Positions 1-10,363 of a DNA stretch of 59,646 bases are shown here, one piece after another (within the stretch, counting starts at the first letter, position 1; every line of letters starts with the position of its first letter). Under the pieces are notes generated by a model. The model saw only the letters and a list, made by a program, of their open reading frames with translations. It was not told the origin of the DNA and did not search any database. The translations under genes were made by a program, and so were the position numbers. The stretch is from a virus (lineage: Duplodnaviria; Caudoviricetes): IMG/VR virus record IMGVR_UViG_3300005613_000073, positions 1-59,646 of that record. One strand, 5' to 3'.

Positions 1-284
1 TCGATGTCTAGTTTATACGATGGACTAGCTGTGCCTATTCCTAAGCGTTTGTTACTGTCATCCCAGAACAGTGCTGAGTCATCATCAAAGCCATCACCAC
101 CGGAGGCACCAAACAGTACCCTACCTTCTGTGATTGCGTTAGTATTCTGAAATTTATATTTAGTAGAACCATCACTTATAAATAAGTTTCCTTCATCCGT
201 TATGAACGCCGGTTCGCCCGAGTCCATTACCGCTGCAGCTAAGTCAGCAAAAGGTCCTTTTCTTAATGTAATCTTATTTGCCAT
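1..284 (-). CDS. Tail fibre-type protein, N-terminal part (runs off the window)
   Basis: Not in ORF track. GGAGG RBS, ATG at 284, reads MANKITLRKGPFADLAAAVMDSGEPAFITDEGNLFISDG...WDDSNKRLGIGTASPSYKLDI; Mtd_N-like start plus GIGTxSP fibre motif. Confidence 0.75.
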   Translation of the reverse strand, partial: MANKITLRKGPFADLAAAVMDSGEPAFITDEGNLFISDGSTKYKFQNTNAITEGRVLFGASGGDGFDDDSALFWDDSNKRLGIGTASPSYKLDI

Positions 285-296
285 TGTATTCCTCCA

Positions 297-1757
297 TTAT
301 AATGAACCACCGTCAATTACTTCGATGTATCCTGGGTTAGTGCTTAACACACCACCATCTATAGCTGGGTCACTAAAGACTGTTGTAGTCAAAGCTCCAC
401 CATCAATGTCACCACTATAGGCTGTCACTGGTGTTAAACCTATTAATATAGTATTACCAGATTTATCTATGTTCCACATTATACCATTGGTTATATCATC
501 AACAAAAGACAGTTGGTCGCCTGTCTCATGTACAGCACCATTAAGTCCAACAGCTATTGTGTTTATTGAACTAGCATCAGCCTCTACTGACATAGTACCA
601 CCATCATCAGTGACAGTAAATACTACAGATGAACTATCATTGAAATTCAAATTCTTTTCATCACCAATGCTAACATCATTATGCTTAATGTTTACTTTCT
701 GGACACTTGAGCCTTCAACAACATCTGCTGTTAAGACATTACCTGTGTAATCTAAAGTTACAGTTGAGGTATCGTCTATTACATTTCCTAGTGATGCGTT
801 GAATAATGATTGGTCGTAGTACAGATTAACAGTACCCTCGGTCAAGTCATCAGTATCTTTAGCACCAAAGGCTGAATCAAATCTAGCCTGAGTGTAATAC
901 AAGTTAGAACCCTCAGTCAAGTCATCAGTATCTTTAGCTGCGAATGATGCGTTAAACCTTGTTTGTGTGTAAAACAAATGGCTTACACCCTCAGCTAAAT
1001 CATCAGTATCCTTGTTACCAAAGGCTGTATCGAATCGACCTTGGGTGTAATACAAGTTAGAACCCTCAGTTAAATCATCAGTATCCTTAGCACCAAAGGC
1101 TGAATCAAATCTAGCCTGAGTATAATACAAGTTAGAACCCTCGGTCAAGTCATCGGTATCAAAAGGACTAAGTGATATAGTAGGTGTTAATTCGTTAGAA
1201 ACATCTGAATAACTCCAGCTAATACCAGTGCCATCTTGAATAAGATTAGCTACAGCATCGTCTACTCTCTCTGTTGTAAAGTAAAGGTTACTTGAGCCCT
1301 CACCGATATCATCTGTATCAAAGTCATTGATGTCAAATGTAAATTCTAATGTATTGTTACTTGCGTCATACTCCAGTGCTAGTCCATCTCCACTGACCCC
1401 TAGGTAATCATTAGCTAACGTAGCATTGAAGTTCTGAGACTTAGCGAAAGCTAGTGCTTCCTGTGCTAAGTAAAAAGTCTGGTCACTATCTATATTTAGT
1501 GTTTCTGCTAAGCGTATACTTGTGTTTGTAAATAAAATGTCTCTAGTTTCTTTAGTTGTTTCTCTATAGACTATGACCTCTGAACCATCAGCAGGTGCTG
1601 TAGCGAAAACAGCATTACCACCTGAAGGAGTAACTGATGTTACAACCCCATCTACAGTAGCCTTTATTGATGACCTATCAGAGTCATATGATGGGTGAGC
1701 AAAAGCAACTTGGTTGCCGTCACCCTCATAGATTAAAACAGCAGGGTAATAACTCAT
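297..1757 (-). CDS. Tail fibre protein with T7 gp17-type N-terminal anchor and acidic tandem repeats
   Basis: N-terminus YEGDGNQVAF...TAPADGSEVIVYRET...LNIDSDQTFYLAQEA resembles the T7 tail anchor domain; DTDDLTEGSNLYYT repeats; GGAGG RBS. Confidence 0.85.
   Translation of the reverse strand: MSYYPAVLIYEGDGNQVAFAHPSYDSDRSSIKATVDGVVTSVTPSGGNAVFATAPADGSEVIVYRETTKETRDILFTNTSIRLAETLNIDSDQTFYLAQEALAFAKSQNFNATLANDYLGVSGDGLALEYDASNNTLEFTFDINDFDTDDIGEGSSNLYFTTERVDDAVANLIQDGTGISWSYSDVSNELTPTISLSPFDTDDLTEGSNLYYTQARFDSAFGAKDTDDLTEGSNLYYTQGRFDTAFGNKDTDDLAEGVSHLFYTQTRFNASFAAKDTDDLTEGSNLYYTQARFDSAFGAKDTDDLTEGTVNLYYDQSLFNASLGNVIDDTSTVTLDYTGNVLTADVVEGSSVQKVNIKHNDVSIGDEKNLNFNDSSSVVFTVTDDGGTMSVEADASSINTIAVGLNGAVHETGDQLSFVDDITNGIMWNIDKSGNTILIGLTPVTAYSGDIDGGALTTTVFSDPAIDGGVLSTNPGYIEVIDGGSL
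815..1325 (-). repeat. Coding tandem repeat, five 75/78-bp units plus one degenerate unit
   Basis: Equivalent positions at 841, 916, 994, 1069 and 1144; unit DTDDLTEG(x)NLYYTQARFDSAFGAK; degenerate DTDDIGEGSSNLYFT near 1270-1325. Confidence 0.9.
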
Positions 1758-1766
1758 TGTCCCTCC

Positions 1767-2249
1767 TTATTTCTTCAATTGTTCAACGATTCGTTTACCT
1801 CGGTTTTTAACCTGTGCATACCAGTTAGAGCACTTAGCACACATAGCTACTTTACCCCAGTTAACTTCATCTTTGTTAAGCTCAGATAGCATACCTTTGA
1901 ACTTGGCTAACCTTGGTCTACCTAAGTTATAACACATATTTATCAATGCTAGCTGTTTTTCATATGGAAATAGCTTGAGCTTTTCCTCTGGAATTAAAAC
2001 AGCTAAATCCTCAATTGCAATCTTAAGCCATTTTATGCATCTCTTTTTAGCTTCCATTATAGATATAACCTCAAAGTATGCTCTGGCTGGTGTACCGTAG
2101 CCTATGCTCCAGCGCTGTTCACCGTTGATTACACCATCTTTGTATGCTGTGTGATGTGGTGCACCATTAATGTATATCATATCACCTGGACCTTCATCTA
2201 GCATTATTCGTTCTAGTAAAAGCTTGAAGTTTTCCCTATTAACATACAT
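1767..2249 (-). CDS. Lysozyme/endolysin, GH24 (T4 lysozyme-like)
   Basis: DEG...AYKD...WSIGYG, ALINMCYNLGRPRLAKFKGML, SNWYAQVKNR motifs; start probably 2249 or 2267 rather than 2588 because the longer ORF overlaps the upstream gene. Confidence 0.85.
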   Translation of the reverse strand: MYVNRENFKLLLERIMLDEGPGDMIYINGAPHHTAYKDGVINGEQRWSIGYGTPARAYFEVISIMEAKKRCIKWLKIAIEDLAVLIPEEKLKLFPYEKQLALINMCYNLGRPRLAKFKGMLSELNKDEVNWGKVAMCAKCSNWYAQVKNRGKRIVEQLKK

Positions 2250-2697
2250 ATGTTTTTGTATAACCATGGTGTTCAAGCGCTTTAAAGAGTCTCTCAGGAT
2301 AGTATACGTGGTCTTCTTTTTTAATACATCCTCTAGCTTTAGTTGATCTTGCGATAGAAGCAGCGAACTCTGAGCAGAACCATTTATCAGGATGCTCTCG
2401 TCTCCAAGGTGTCCAACACGTGAGTGCACCGAGGAAGTCATAATCATAGCTACCATTGCAAAAACTATCCAACATTGCTTTAACATTAGCTGTATTACAC
2501 TCGAGTTTAATAATTTTGACTTCACATCCTTTATACGGGTGATTACATGACTGTATTTTTCTACAGCCAACAAACGGATATGCTTCATAATATGTACTCC
2601 CTATCTTAATAGCCACATGAGTTGACCACCCTGTAAGTCCTATAATTTTATCCAAAAAAGATTTACCTTTCATAAAATGTAGTTCAATATAATTCAA
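2239..2697 (-). CDS. Permuted papain-like amidase (YaeF/YiiX, C92 / permuted NlpC-P60)
   Basis: His before Cys: STHVAI...YDY...WFCSEF; probable TTG start at 2697 after AAGGAGG. Confidence 0.8.
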   Translation of the reverse strand: MNYIELHFMKGKSFLDKIIGLTGWSTHVAIKIGSTYYEAYPFVGCRKIQSCNHPYKGCEVKIIKLECNTANVKAMLDSFCNGSYDYDFLGALTCWTPWRREHPDKWFCSEFAASIARSTKARGCIKKEDHVYYPERLFKALEHHGYTKTYVC

Positions 2698-2716
2698 AGT
2701 TTCCTCCTTAGGTTGC

Positions 2717-2738
2717 ATGGGTGACCGAAGCCACCCAC
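2717..2738 (-). other. cUUCGg tetraloop hairpin without U-tract
   Basis: Minus strand GTGGGTGGC-TTCG-GTCACCCAT between the gp16-like gene and the amidase RBS. Confidence 0.7.
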
Positions 2739-2748
2739 ACGTTTCTAG

Positions 2749-5700
2749 CTATCTTTGCTCTAGTTTTGCTTGTTCAACTAGTATTCTATATTTAGCTATA
2801 TCTTCATACTTCTGTGTCATCTGTTCTTTAGCTTTAGCTTTAGCAATAGACATTATACTACTAAACATTTCAGCACGAGAACCTCTATTCAAGGAACCCA
2901 TGATATACTGAGACTTACTACCTTTATCCCATGCTTGACTCTTAACTACTTTAGACATCATAGCCTTAAAGGAATCTCCAGTCATCTTGAGATAATCATG
3001 CCTCTGCTGTGCAGTTAGTTGTTTACCATCTATTTTTCTAGTGTCAGAATAATGACTACCTAAGTTATACTTGTCATTAGCAACGTACCACTTAAGGTAA
3101 TTGCTTATGTTATCTTTATCTGGTTCTTGTATTAAAGGATTACTAATGTTTGGTGCGAATGGTATTTTGTTGAATGAGTCTCTAGGTTCACCTAAGAAGT
3201 CAAGTTTCTCTATTGAGCTATAAGTTTTAGTGAAGTTACCAGAAACCTGCCTTGCTCCGGCAAACATGTGATCTAGAATAGTAACATACTCATTAACAAC
3301 ACCTGGTCTTTCTGTGTTACCTGATAACCTTTTAACAGCTACATCAACTTCACGCATGAACTGAGTAGAACCTAAGAAAGGAACTGGAGTAGATGCAGCT
3401 AACACTTGGCCAGCTAATCTAGTCGTCTGTCTTCTAGGGTCTTTAAGCCAACTAGCTAAGTTCATAAAACCCTGCATAGCAGCTTTGTCTGTCAAAGCGT
3501 GTGCTAATGATGCCATAGCTATTGAGGTAGCTCTTGTCATACCATCTTCATCTACATATTCTGATTCAGCCATCAATTCAAGGGCTTCCATGGTGTCTGC
3601 TGTCAATGCTAAGAATCCAGATAATGGGTCCATTGCATCAAAACTCATAGCACCTTCGCCAGGAACGTAGATGGAATAAGGCATAATACCTGCTTCCTGT
3701 AACTCAGGTTTCTCTAATGGTAGTCTACCATAGATAAGACCATTCTTTTTCATATAAGCACCCATACCTATAACTGAAGCACCTATCATGATTTCTGCAT
3801 GAGCTCGATGTGGGTCAGTCTTAAGTAAATGCTTATACCATTCTGTAGCATGTTGTACAGTAGCCGTTGGTAACTTAATACCACCTGTGCCTTTGAAGAA
3901 ATCTCTCATGCGCTCTGTTGGTGCTTTTTCTGCTAATAGGGTCATCGCTTTACCTGTGCCCTCTTCAAAGAAGAATGACATAGGACCTATAGTTCTGTTG
4001 GCAACAAACATAAGCGCATTGATTGGTTGCTTTATAACAGGAAACAATATCTTAACAAGAGGTACCTCATTAGATATCTTCTGTAATTTCCTTGCTACCG
4101 ATTCCTCTGGTAAGTCACCAGACATTGTGAAATCCTCTGGTATCTGTTTCCATAGATCAGGTTTCTCAGCTATAAGGCTTTTGTTTCTAATAAGAGCATC
4201 TTCAAGAAGCTCAGGAGTTAGTGTCCCACCTTTCTTTGTAAGTTCAGCTACAGCCATGTCATAGGCTAGAGCATTTATCCTTACATTAGCGTTCATTACC
4301 TTAGCCATTTCATCTGTAGCCAGGAGTATATTTAAACTAGTTCGCATTAGTTTACCATACATATCAACCCTACCAGCACCTACGGCTCTAACTAGAGATT
4401 CTCCAGCAGCACCAAAGTTCTCACTAATAGCTGTTGCTGTTACTGATTTAGCATAATAATCTTTATCTGTATGTAACAAAGCGTCTGAGAAAGCAGCACT
4501 CATGTTGTTCTCAATACTGAAGTTAGGTAGCTCTGTTTTAAATGCTTTCTTAGCGTAAGCCCAAGCACTTGCACAAGTGTCACCATAGTTATGGAAAAGG
4601 TATCCTACTCTATCTAGATCACCTTTGAATAGTGAAGAGAGTGACTCAACGCCAACATTCCAAGTATATCCAATAGAAGTACCAAGGACATTCTTCATAA
4701 CAGCTTTACCGGCAAATAAGTTTGCAGCAAATACTTCAGTCCAAGTCTTAACCATTCCTTCCCAGCTACCATTGTTTACTATAGTTCGTATAGCTTTAGC
4801 TGTGCCACCAGGTGAGTGTTTAGCTGTTTTAGCTATGTTCTCCATTATCTGGAGTACTTCTTCTTTACTAATGTCCCCACCTTTGAGTTTAAAGAATTGT
4901 TTAATCTTAGCTAATGCCATAGTAGAGTTACCATCACCAGAGATACCACGTAATATATTAGTATCACGCATAAGCCTAGTTGTACGTGCTGAAGCTGACT
5001 TCATCCTGATGTAGTTATCAAAAACAGTAGCCATTTCAATAACACGAGTAAGGTTCTCTGTCACAGCTTCGTCTGTCATTTTGTGAGCGCCTATAGTACG
5101 GTAGTTCAATACAGTCCTGTCTAGTTCTTCACTCAATGCTTTAACATAGTATGCTGTAGCAGCTAATCTGACAGGAGCAAGTTCAGCATCCCTACGCCAC
5201 GATCTGACAGCCTTAGGGACATCAGAATCACCTAAGTGATTCAACAAGTCTTTACCCATATCAAGTAGCTCTGGTATTGCATAGTTTTCTTTGTCCTTAA
5301 ACAGCGCTGTACCAAGTGCATCTAAAACAAAAGCAAACTCTTCATCACTATCGTAATTATGTCTGCTTAACCAAGTAGCATCTGTTATAGCTTCATTATC
5401 TAAGAACTTCTTAATGTACTCTGCTGTACCTTCTTTATCTCTTTTAGTCAACTTAGCTCTGAACTTAGGTTCTACCTTGTTATACTCATACTTAGATACT
5501 TCGAGTGTAACCTTAGGTCTACCTTCTTTAGAAATCACCTTTGGAGCTTCAGTTACATTAGACTCTGGCACACCTTTAGCATCAGCTGTTTGAGTAGCTG
5601 TGTCTGGTATTGTAGATTCTTTAGCAACATTATCGGCAGCACCTGTTGTTTCTTTAGTTGACTTAATTAGGTCATTTATCAATCCCTGAGCTTTCTTAAA

Positions 5701-7956
5701 GTCTTCAGGGTTTTCTATCATTTTGTTTATCTTTTGTATACTTGCTTCAACATTGTCAAACATCTTAAGAACATTATCAGGGGCAACACCTTCAAGTAAA
5801 TCTGGGTACTGCTCAAGTAAAGCTCTTTTAGATTCTTCTGTCATTTTCAATGTGCTTTTAAGGAAGTCAATAGTATTCTCAGTCATAAGCTTCTTAAAGC
5901 TCTTCCTAGCTGCTCTGTAGCCTTTAAATTTGCCACCCATGTATGCTGTAGCACACAAGATAACAGCAGATGATATCAGGTCATCAGTATCTATGAAACC
6001 ATCTTCATTAAAGTCTGCTAGTGATAACATTGGGCTTGCAACTATAGGAGCTAAAGCATGTGAGAAGAACCTGGCTCCACCTGAGCCTGTCTTATGAAAG
6101 ACATCTGCAGCTTCACCAGCTTTCAATTCAGTAGTTTTAACTAGGTTAATAGCACCTGAGTCTGCACTGAAACCGTTATCAACTCTATGTTTATTAAAAG
6201 CATCATAAAGTAAACCCATTTCAACAGTTCTCACCTGTCCTTTCTTTGGTATACCTTTACCTATAGTGCTCTTATATCTAACATGATGCCCTGTGTTGTA
6301 AGCAGACATTACCTTACTTGCTCCAACCTCGTTTACATCAAACGCATGTACTAACTCATGATATGCGTTAGACAAAACAGCATCATCTGTAATACCTTTA
6401 CCATTTAAAAGTATCATACTAGCTGATTTATTTGGGTATTTCTTTACAGATGCTATTAGACCTTTAACTTCGCTTCTAATTTTAGCATAAGCACCAATGT
6501 TAGTATTACCTTTGAGATACTTCTCCTTCTTAATACGTTTCATTATACTATCAACTGTATCACCTTTTCCTATAACGATTGTCCCACCGTCAACAGTACT
6601 TTTACTAAGGTCTAGTCCAGATACCATCCCAACTAGTGGTGCATCAGGACCATTAGCGTAATGCATTTTAACCCAAGTAGCCATATCTTCTGGAGTATGT
6701 ATATCGTTAGCTCTAAAGAAGTTACCCATGAGGCTATCCATTAAGTCCTTAGATTTCTTGAACTTAATATGTTTCTCAGCAACACCTTCGGCATGCTTGA
6801 ATTGATTGCCAGCGATCTCAGCAAAAGCAGACATTAGCTTCTTATCTGAGACACCCTCTAAGGTTTCAACACCTAAGATTTTCTTAGCCTTTTCCATGAC
6901 AACTGAGATTACTGATCTAGCGTCTTCAACATCTGGTGACTGGTATGGTACGCCATTGTTGTGTAAACCAATGGACGCTCCTGTCTCAGGGTTGTCTAAA
7001 ACAGTAAAATTATCCTCAACATCTATCAATGGATGTGCTGGAGTTTCACTTATCTGGTCAACACCTTTAGTAGGTGTAACCTCTGGAGCTACTGTATCTG
7101 CCTTGATCTCATCAAGTATTTCTTTTGTTCTTGATGTCATAGCTTCATCATAGGATTCTCCTAAGGTTTCACCTGCTTCAACTAATATCTTTTTGGTATT
7201 CTCAAGTTTATCAACTGAACCTATTACTTTACGTAATTTACCTAAGCCACCAATTACGGTATCAAAGGTTAAACCTACAGCAGAACCAACCATTGCCTGT
7301 TTAAGCCTACCTGTAGCCTCTGAATCTTCCTCATCAGCTGCTAAGTAATCTGAAACTGCACCAAGTAATGGCACATCAGCATCTCTTATAAAGTTTGCAA
7401 GGTTTTCAGTTGATGGTTGAATCATATCAACCACAGCACCTACACCTGCGTCTTGTATAACTCTACCCCAAAACTTATGTTCTTTAGCTAACTGTGTTAA
7501 CTTGCTAAACATTTTAAATTTAGTTAAAGCTTGTAGTTTACTAAGTTTATTTACTAGAGCAGTACCTGTCAAAAACGGTACTAGAAATCTTGTTGTTTCA
7601 TATGCGAAAGCATCAAGCATGTCATCAGGTCTTTCAAAGGTTAAGTCAAAACTATGTGGATCAACTTTAGCACCAAAGGCTCTCATTGTCCCTTTTGATA
7701 TCCACGATGCAGTGTCTGCAACATCAGCTACAGATTGACCAGCGCCTTTACCGATAGCTCCTGTGAACTCGCCAAATTGTTGCCACATTGTCTTATCAAC
7801 GCCAATATCCATACCAACAGCATCACCTATACCACTGATGTTATTAAGTATTCTGTTGTTCTCTCTGTTTAGTTCTTCGATAGACATATTAGCATATGGA
7901 TTAACACCTTGAGGTTTACTCTGGTTATTCTCATTATAAGCTTGGTCTAAAGCCAT
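2749..7956 (-). CDS. Large internal virion / DNA ejection protein (T7 gp16-like)
   Basis: 1735 aa, helical, syntenic after gp14/gp15-like genes; contains HELVH (HExxH) and DFNEDGFIDTDD. Confidence 0.75.
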   Translation of the reverse strand: MALDQAYNENNQSKPQGVNPYANMSIEELNRENNRILNNISGIGDAVGMDIGVDKTMWQQFGEFTGAIGKGAGQSVADVADTASWISKGTMRAFGAKVDPHSFDLTFERPDDMLDAFAYETTRFLVPFLTGTALVNKLSKLQALTKFKMFSKLTQLAKEHKFWGRVIQDAGVGAVVDMIQPSTENLANFIRDADVPLLGAVSDYLAADEEDSEATGRLKQAMVGSAVGLTFDTVIGGLGKLRKVIGSVDKLENTKKILVEAGETLGESYDEAMTSRTKEILDEIKADTVAPEVTPTKGVDQISETPAHPLIDVEDNFTVLDNPETGASIGLHNNGVPYQSPDVEDARSVISVVMEKAKKILGVETLEGVSDKKLMSAFAEIAGNQFKHAEGVAEKHIKFKKSKDLMDSLMGNFFRANDIHTPEDMATWVKMHYANGPDAPLVGMVSGLDLSKSTVDGGTIVIGKGDTVDSIMKRIKKEKYLKGNTNIGAYAKIRSEVKGLIASVKKYPNKSASMILLNGKGITDDAVLSNAYHELVHAFDVNEVGASKVMSAYNTGHHVRYKSTIGKGIPKKGQVRTVEMGLLYDAFNKHRVDNGFSADSGAINLVKTTELKAGEAADVFHKTGSGGARFFSHALAPIVASPMLSLADFNEDGFIDTDDLISSAVILCATAYMGGKFKGYRAARKSFKKLMTENTIDFLKSTLKMTEESKRALLEQYPDLLEGVAPDNVLKMFDNVEASIQKINKMIENPEDFKKAQGLINDLIKSTKETTGAADNVAKESTIPDTATQTADAKGVPESNVTEAPKVISKEGRPKVTLEVSKYEYNKVEPKFRAKLTKRDKEGTAEYIKKFLDNEAITDATWLSRHNYDSDEEFAFVLDALGTALFKDKENYAIPELLDMGKDLLNHLGDSDVPKAVRSWRRDAELAPVRLAATAYYVKALSEELDRTVLNYRTIGAHKMTDEAVTENLTRVIEMATVFDNYIRMKSASARTTRLMRDTNILRGISGDGNSTMALAKIKQFFKLKGGDISKEEVLQIMENIAKTAKHSPGGTAKAIRTIVNNGSWEGMVKTWTEVFAANLFAGKAVMKNVLGTSIGYTWNVGVESLSSLFKGDLDRVGYLFHNYGDTCASAWAYAKKAFKTELPNFSIENNMSAAFSDALLHTDKDYYAKSVTATAISENFGAAGESLVRAVGAGRVDMYGKLMRTSLNILLATDEMAKVMNANVRINALAYDMAVAELTKKGGTLTPELLEDALIRNKSLIAEKPDLWKQIPEDFTMSGDLPEESVARKLQKISNEVPLVKILFPVIKQPINALMFVANRTIGPMSFFFEEGTGKAMTLLAEKAPTERMRDFFKGTGGIKLPTATVQHATEWYKHLLKTDPHRAHAEIMIGASVIGMGAYMKKNGLIYGRLPLEKPELQEAGIMPYSIYVPGEGAMSFDAMDPLSGFLALTADTMEALELMAESEYVDEDGMTRATSIAMASLAHALTDKAAMQGFMNLASWLKDPRRQTTRLAGQVLAASTPVPFLGSTQFMREVDVAVKRLSGNTERPGVVNEYVTILDHMFAGARQVSGNFTKTYSSIEKLDFLGEPRDSFNKIPFAPNISNPLIQEPDKDNISNYLKWYVANDKYNLGSHYSDTRKIDGKQLTAQQRHDYLKMTGDSFKAMMSKVVKSQAWDKGSKSQYIMGSLNRGSRAEMFSSIMSIAKAKAKEQMTQKYEDIAKYRILVEQAKLEQR

Positions 7957-9814
7957 AGTCTCCTCCTTGTGGTGCTGTTGGTTTCTTAAGTTTCATTTGA
8001 TATGCTTCATGTAACATTTTATAATCATTTAGGTTTTTATCTACCGCTTCTAGGTGTGTCCTAAGATGTTCTTTAGCAGCTTTATCTGTTTCACTTGCAA
8101 TCTTGTCTTCTATGTGATTACGTAATGCGTTTAAAGAAGCAAAATTCTCAGAAGATGCTTTGTCATTTAGTTTAGCCTTAAGGTTAAGTTTCTTAACAGC
8201 AGCCTCAACTCTGGCGCTACTATGCTTAATTGTATTATACGCACGTACCTGACCTTTGTTAAACTCAATATACTTATCAGTGATATCCTGTTTTTCTTTC
8301 TCAGATAGTTTAGCATAGTTGTTAATTGCATATTCGTTAGCTAACATGAATGTGCCTAAAGCTTTATTATAGATTGAAACAAAAGGATGTTCACCAAGCA
8401 GTCTTGACTTCTGATCACCATTCTCAGCATTTTTGAGATGCACTAGTAATTCACTGAAGCCATCACCATATTCTTCATCAACAACTAAAGTAGCCTTAGC
8501 TCTCTGTTGGTAACCAAAGGATGCTGGATAAGAAGAACCCATTAGTGCAGAAGTGAGTACATTATCATAATTAGTTAACTGCTGTATAAAAGCTTTTGTT
8601 TCTTCAAATGTGAAACCTTTAGCCTGGAAGTCAACTACTTGCTGTTTCAATTTTAGATACTCAGGTGAACCTATTTTAACTTTAATGTCTTCGCCTTTCT
8701 TCTCAGCATTAAGTTTTTCCATTACTGTAACATATGTTGCTCCACTTATGGATGCCCTGTTCTCCTCAAGAAACTCAACTACAGCATCAGTTGAGCCAGT
8801 GGTTACCGAATCCCCATATATTCTAAGTAATTCGTTAGTAGTGTCACGTTCATTTTTCATTGCTGCACGCTCTACTTCAGCCTCGTTCTTCTTCATAACA
8901 GCTTCAGCACTTCTAAATGCTCTTACTATTGTATCAGCGTAAAGTAGGTTACCACTTTTATCTGTGACAGACATTAATGATAAACCGTTTTTACCTTTGG
9001 AGTTTACAGCTTCTACCCACTTTTCTATAGCAGCGGTATTGTTAGTCTCAGCTAACTGTTGTAACTCATTAGGTAACCTGTTAACAATATAATTAATATA
9101 AGTCTTTTTATTTCCACCTGCAGAAGTAACCATGGCACCAACGTTATCCCATTGTGCCTCAATAGCTTGCATTGCGTTCTCGCCCTCACCTAAGACATTA
9201 ACTATCTTACTAACTCTATCAGTGAGGGAGTTTAAGGTGTACTCCAAGTGCTGACCATGTAATCTAACCATAGCTTCTTCCTTAAGTCTACCACTAAGGT
9301 TAGAAAGCATCTGAGCTGCCCCAATCTTCTTATGGTCGCTTGCTGTTTCTTTGAACTCTGCTAGTGTACTGTCTATTGTATTTTGAATATGTTGCTCAAT
9401 AAATTCTTTCTTAGTCTCATAGTCAGCGTTTGGTTGGAAGTCCTCTAAGTTCAAACCGTAGTTTGATTTACTTAGTGCATCTGATATAGCTAAACCATAA
9501 TCAGTTGCTTGTCTTTGTCCTTCAAGCTGATCCCAAGCTGCTTTATAACCTTTCTTAAATATCTTAGGTTCTTTAAATTCACCACTTAAGAAATCTGCTT
9601 TAGCTTTCTCTATGTTCTTAAACTCTTTATTGTTGTGTATACTTTCAATTGCTTTAGCACCTTCAGCGACTAAACCTAGTGTTTGTCTAAGTATAGCAGC
9701 TTTATTCGCCTGCACAGATGATGGCTCAAGTCTAACATCTTCAACATAAGGTGAACTCGGCGTACCGAAATTATACGATTGAGATTCTAGTTTTACCTTC
9801 CTATCTATAGGCAT
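7934..9814 (-). CDS. Internal virion protein (T7 gp15-like)
   Basis: 626 aa, helical; position in the ejection-protein cluster. Confidence 0.65.
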   Translation of the reverse strand: MPIDRKVKLESQSYNFGTPSSPYVEDVRLEPSSVQANKAAILRQTLGLVAEGAKAIESIHNNKEFKNIEKAKADFLSGEFKEPKIFKKGYKAAWDQLEGQRQATDYGLAISDALSKSNYGLNLEDFQPNADYETKKEFIEQHIQNTIDSTLAEFKETASDHKKIGAAQMLSNLSGRLKEEAMVRLHGQHLEYTLNSLTDRVSKIVNVLGEGENAMQAIEAQWDNVGAMVTSAGGNKKTYINYIVNRLPNELQQLAETNNTAAIEKWVEAVNSKGKNGLSLMSVTDKSGNLLYADTIVRAFRSAEAVMKKNEAEVERAAMKNERDTTNELLRIYGDSVTTGSTDAVVEFLEENRASISGATYVTVMEKLNAEKKGEDIKVKIGSPEYLKLKQQVVDFQAKGFTFEETKAFIQQLTNYDNVLTSALMGSSYPASFGYQQRAKATLVVDEEYGDGFSELLVHLKNAENGDQKSRLLGEHPFVSIYNKALGTFMLANEYAINNYAKLSEKEKQDITDKYIEFNKGQVRAYNTIKHSSARVEAAVKKLNLKAKLNDKASSENFASLNALRNHIEDKIASETDKAAKEHLRTHLEAVDKNLNDYKMLHEAYQMKLKKPTAPQGGDYGFRPSL

Positions 9815-10363
9815 TTACCCTCCCATGCTAGCATATGTCATTAACCCTGATGTACCAACCTGTAGTGCACCTAGTACTGGGCTAACGTGATTTGATTTAA
9901 CTACACTGGCTTCATTAATAGCTTCAACATTACGGTTACGTCTGTTTAACCAGTTTATTGCATTGGTGTCCTCAAGCTTACCTAAGAACGCCTCTTTCTC
10001 GCTGGCGACTTTACCTAGTTCAAAACCTGTCTGAACGTCTATACTATTAACCGAAGCTAACAAAGACTTTGAGCCTGAGCTTATACCAGCACCTGCACCA
10101 GCAGCCTCAACTGTAGCTTTATTCTTTAAACTAGTGCGTGCCAGATCAAACTTGGCTTGCATCTCATTCTTTATTGCGTTTACTTCCTGTCCTTCTAACT
10201 GTGAACGCCTAGTGTCGTAGGCTATATCAGCCTGAGTGTCACGCTGCTCGATAGCACGTAACTGAGCTCTAACAGTAGCGTTCTGTTGTTTTATTTTAGC
10301 ACCTTCAGCACCCATAGAGGCAGCTGTGGCTATGATCTGTAGTGTAGCTGGGTCTAAGCACAT
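9815..10363 (-). CDS. Internal virion protein B (T7 gp14-like)
   Basis: MCLDP start, Ala/Gly-rich, size and synteny. Confidence 0.75.
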   Translation of the reverse strand: MCLDPATLQIIATAASMGAEGAKIKQQNATVRAQLRAIEQRDTQADIAYDTRRSQLEGQEVNAIKNEMQAKFDLARTSLKNKATVEAAGAGAGISSGSKSLLASVNSIDVQTGFELGKVASEKEAFLGKLEDTNAINWLNRRNRNVEAINEASVVKSNHVSPVLGALQVGTSGLMTYASMGG

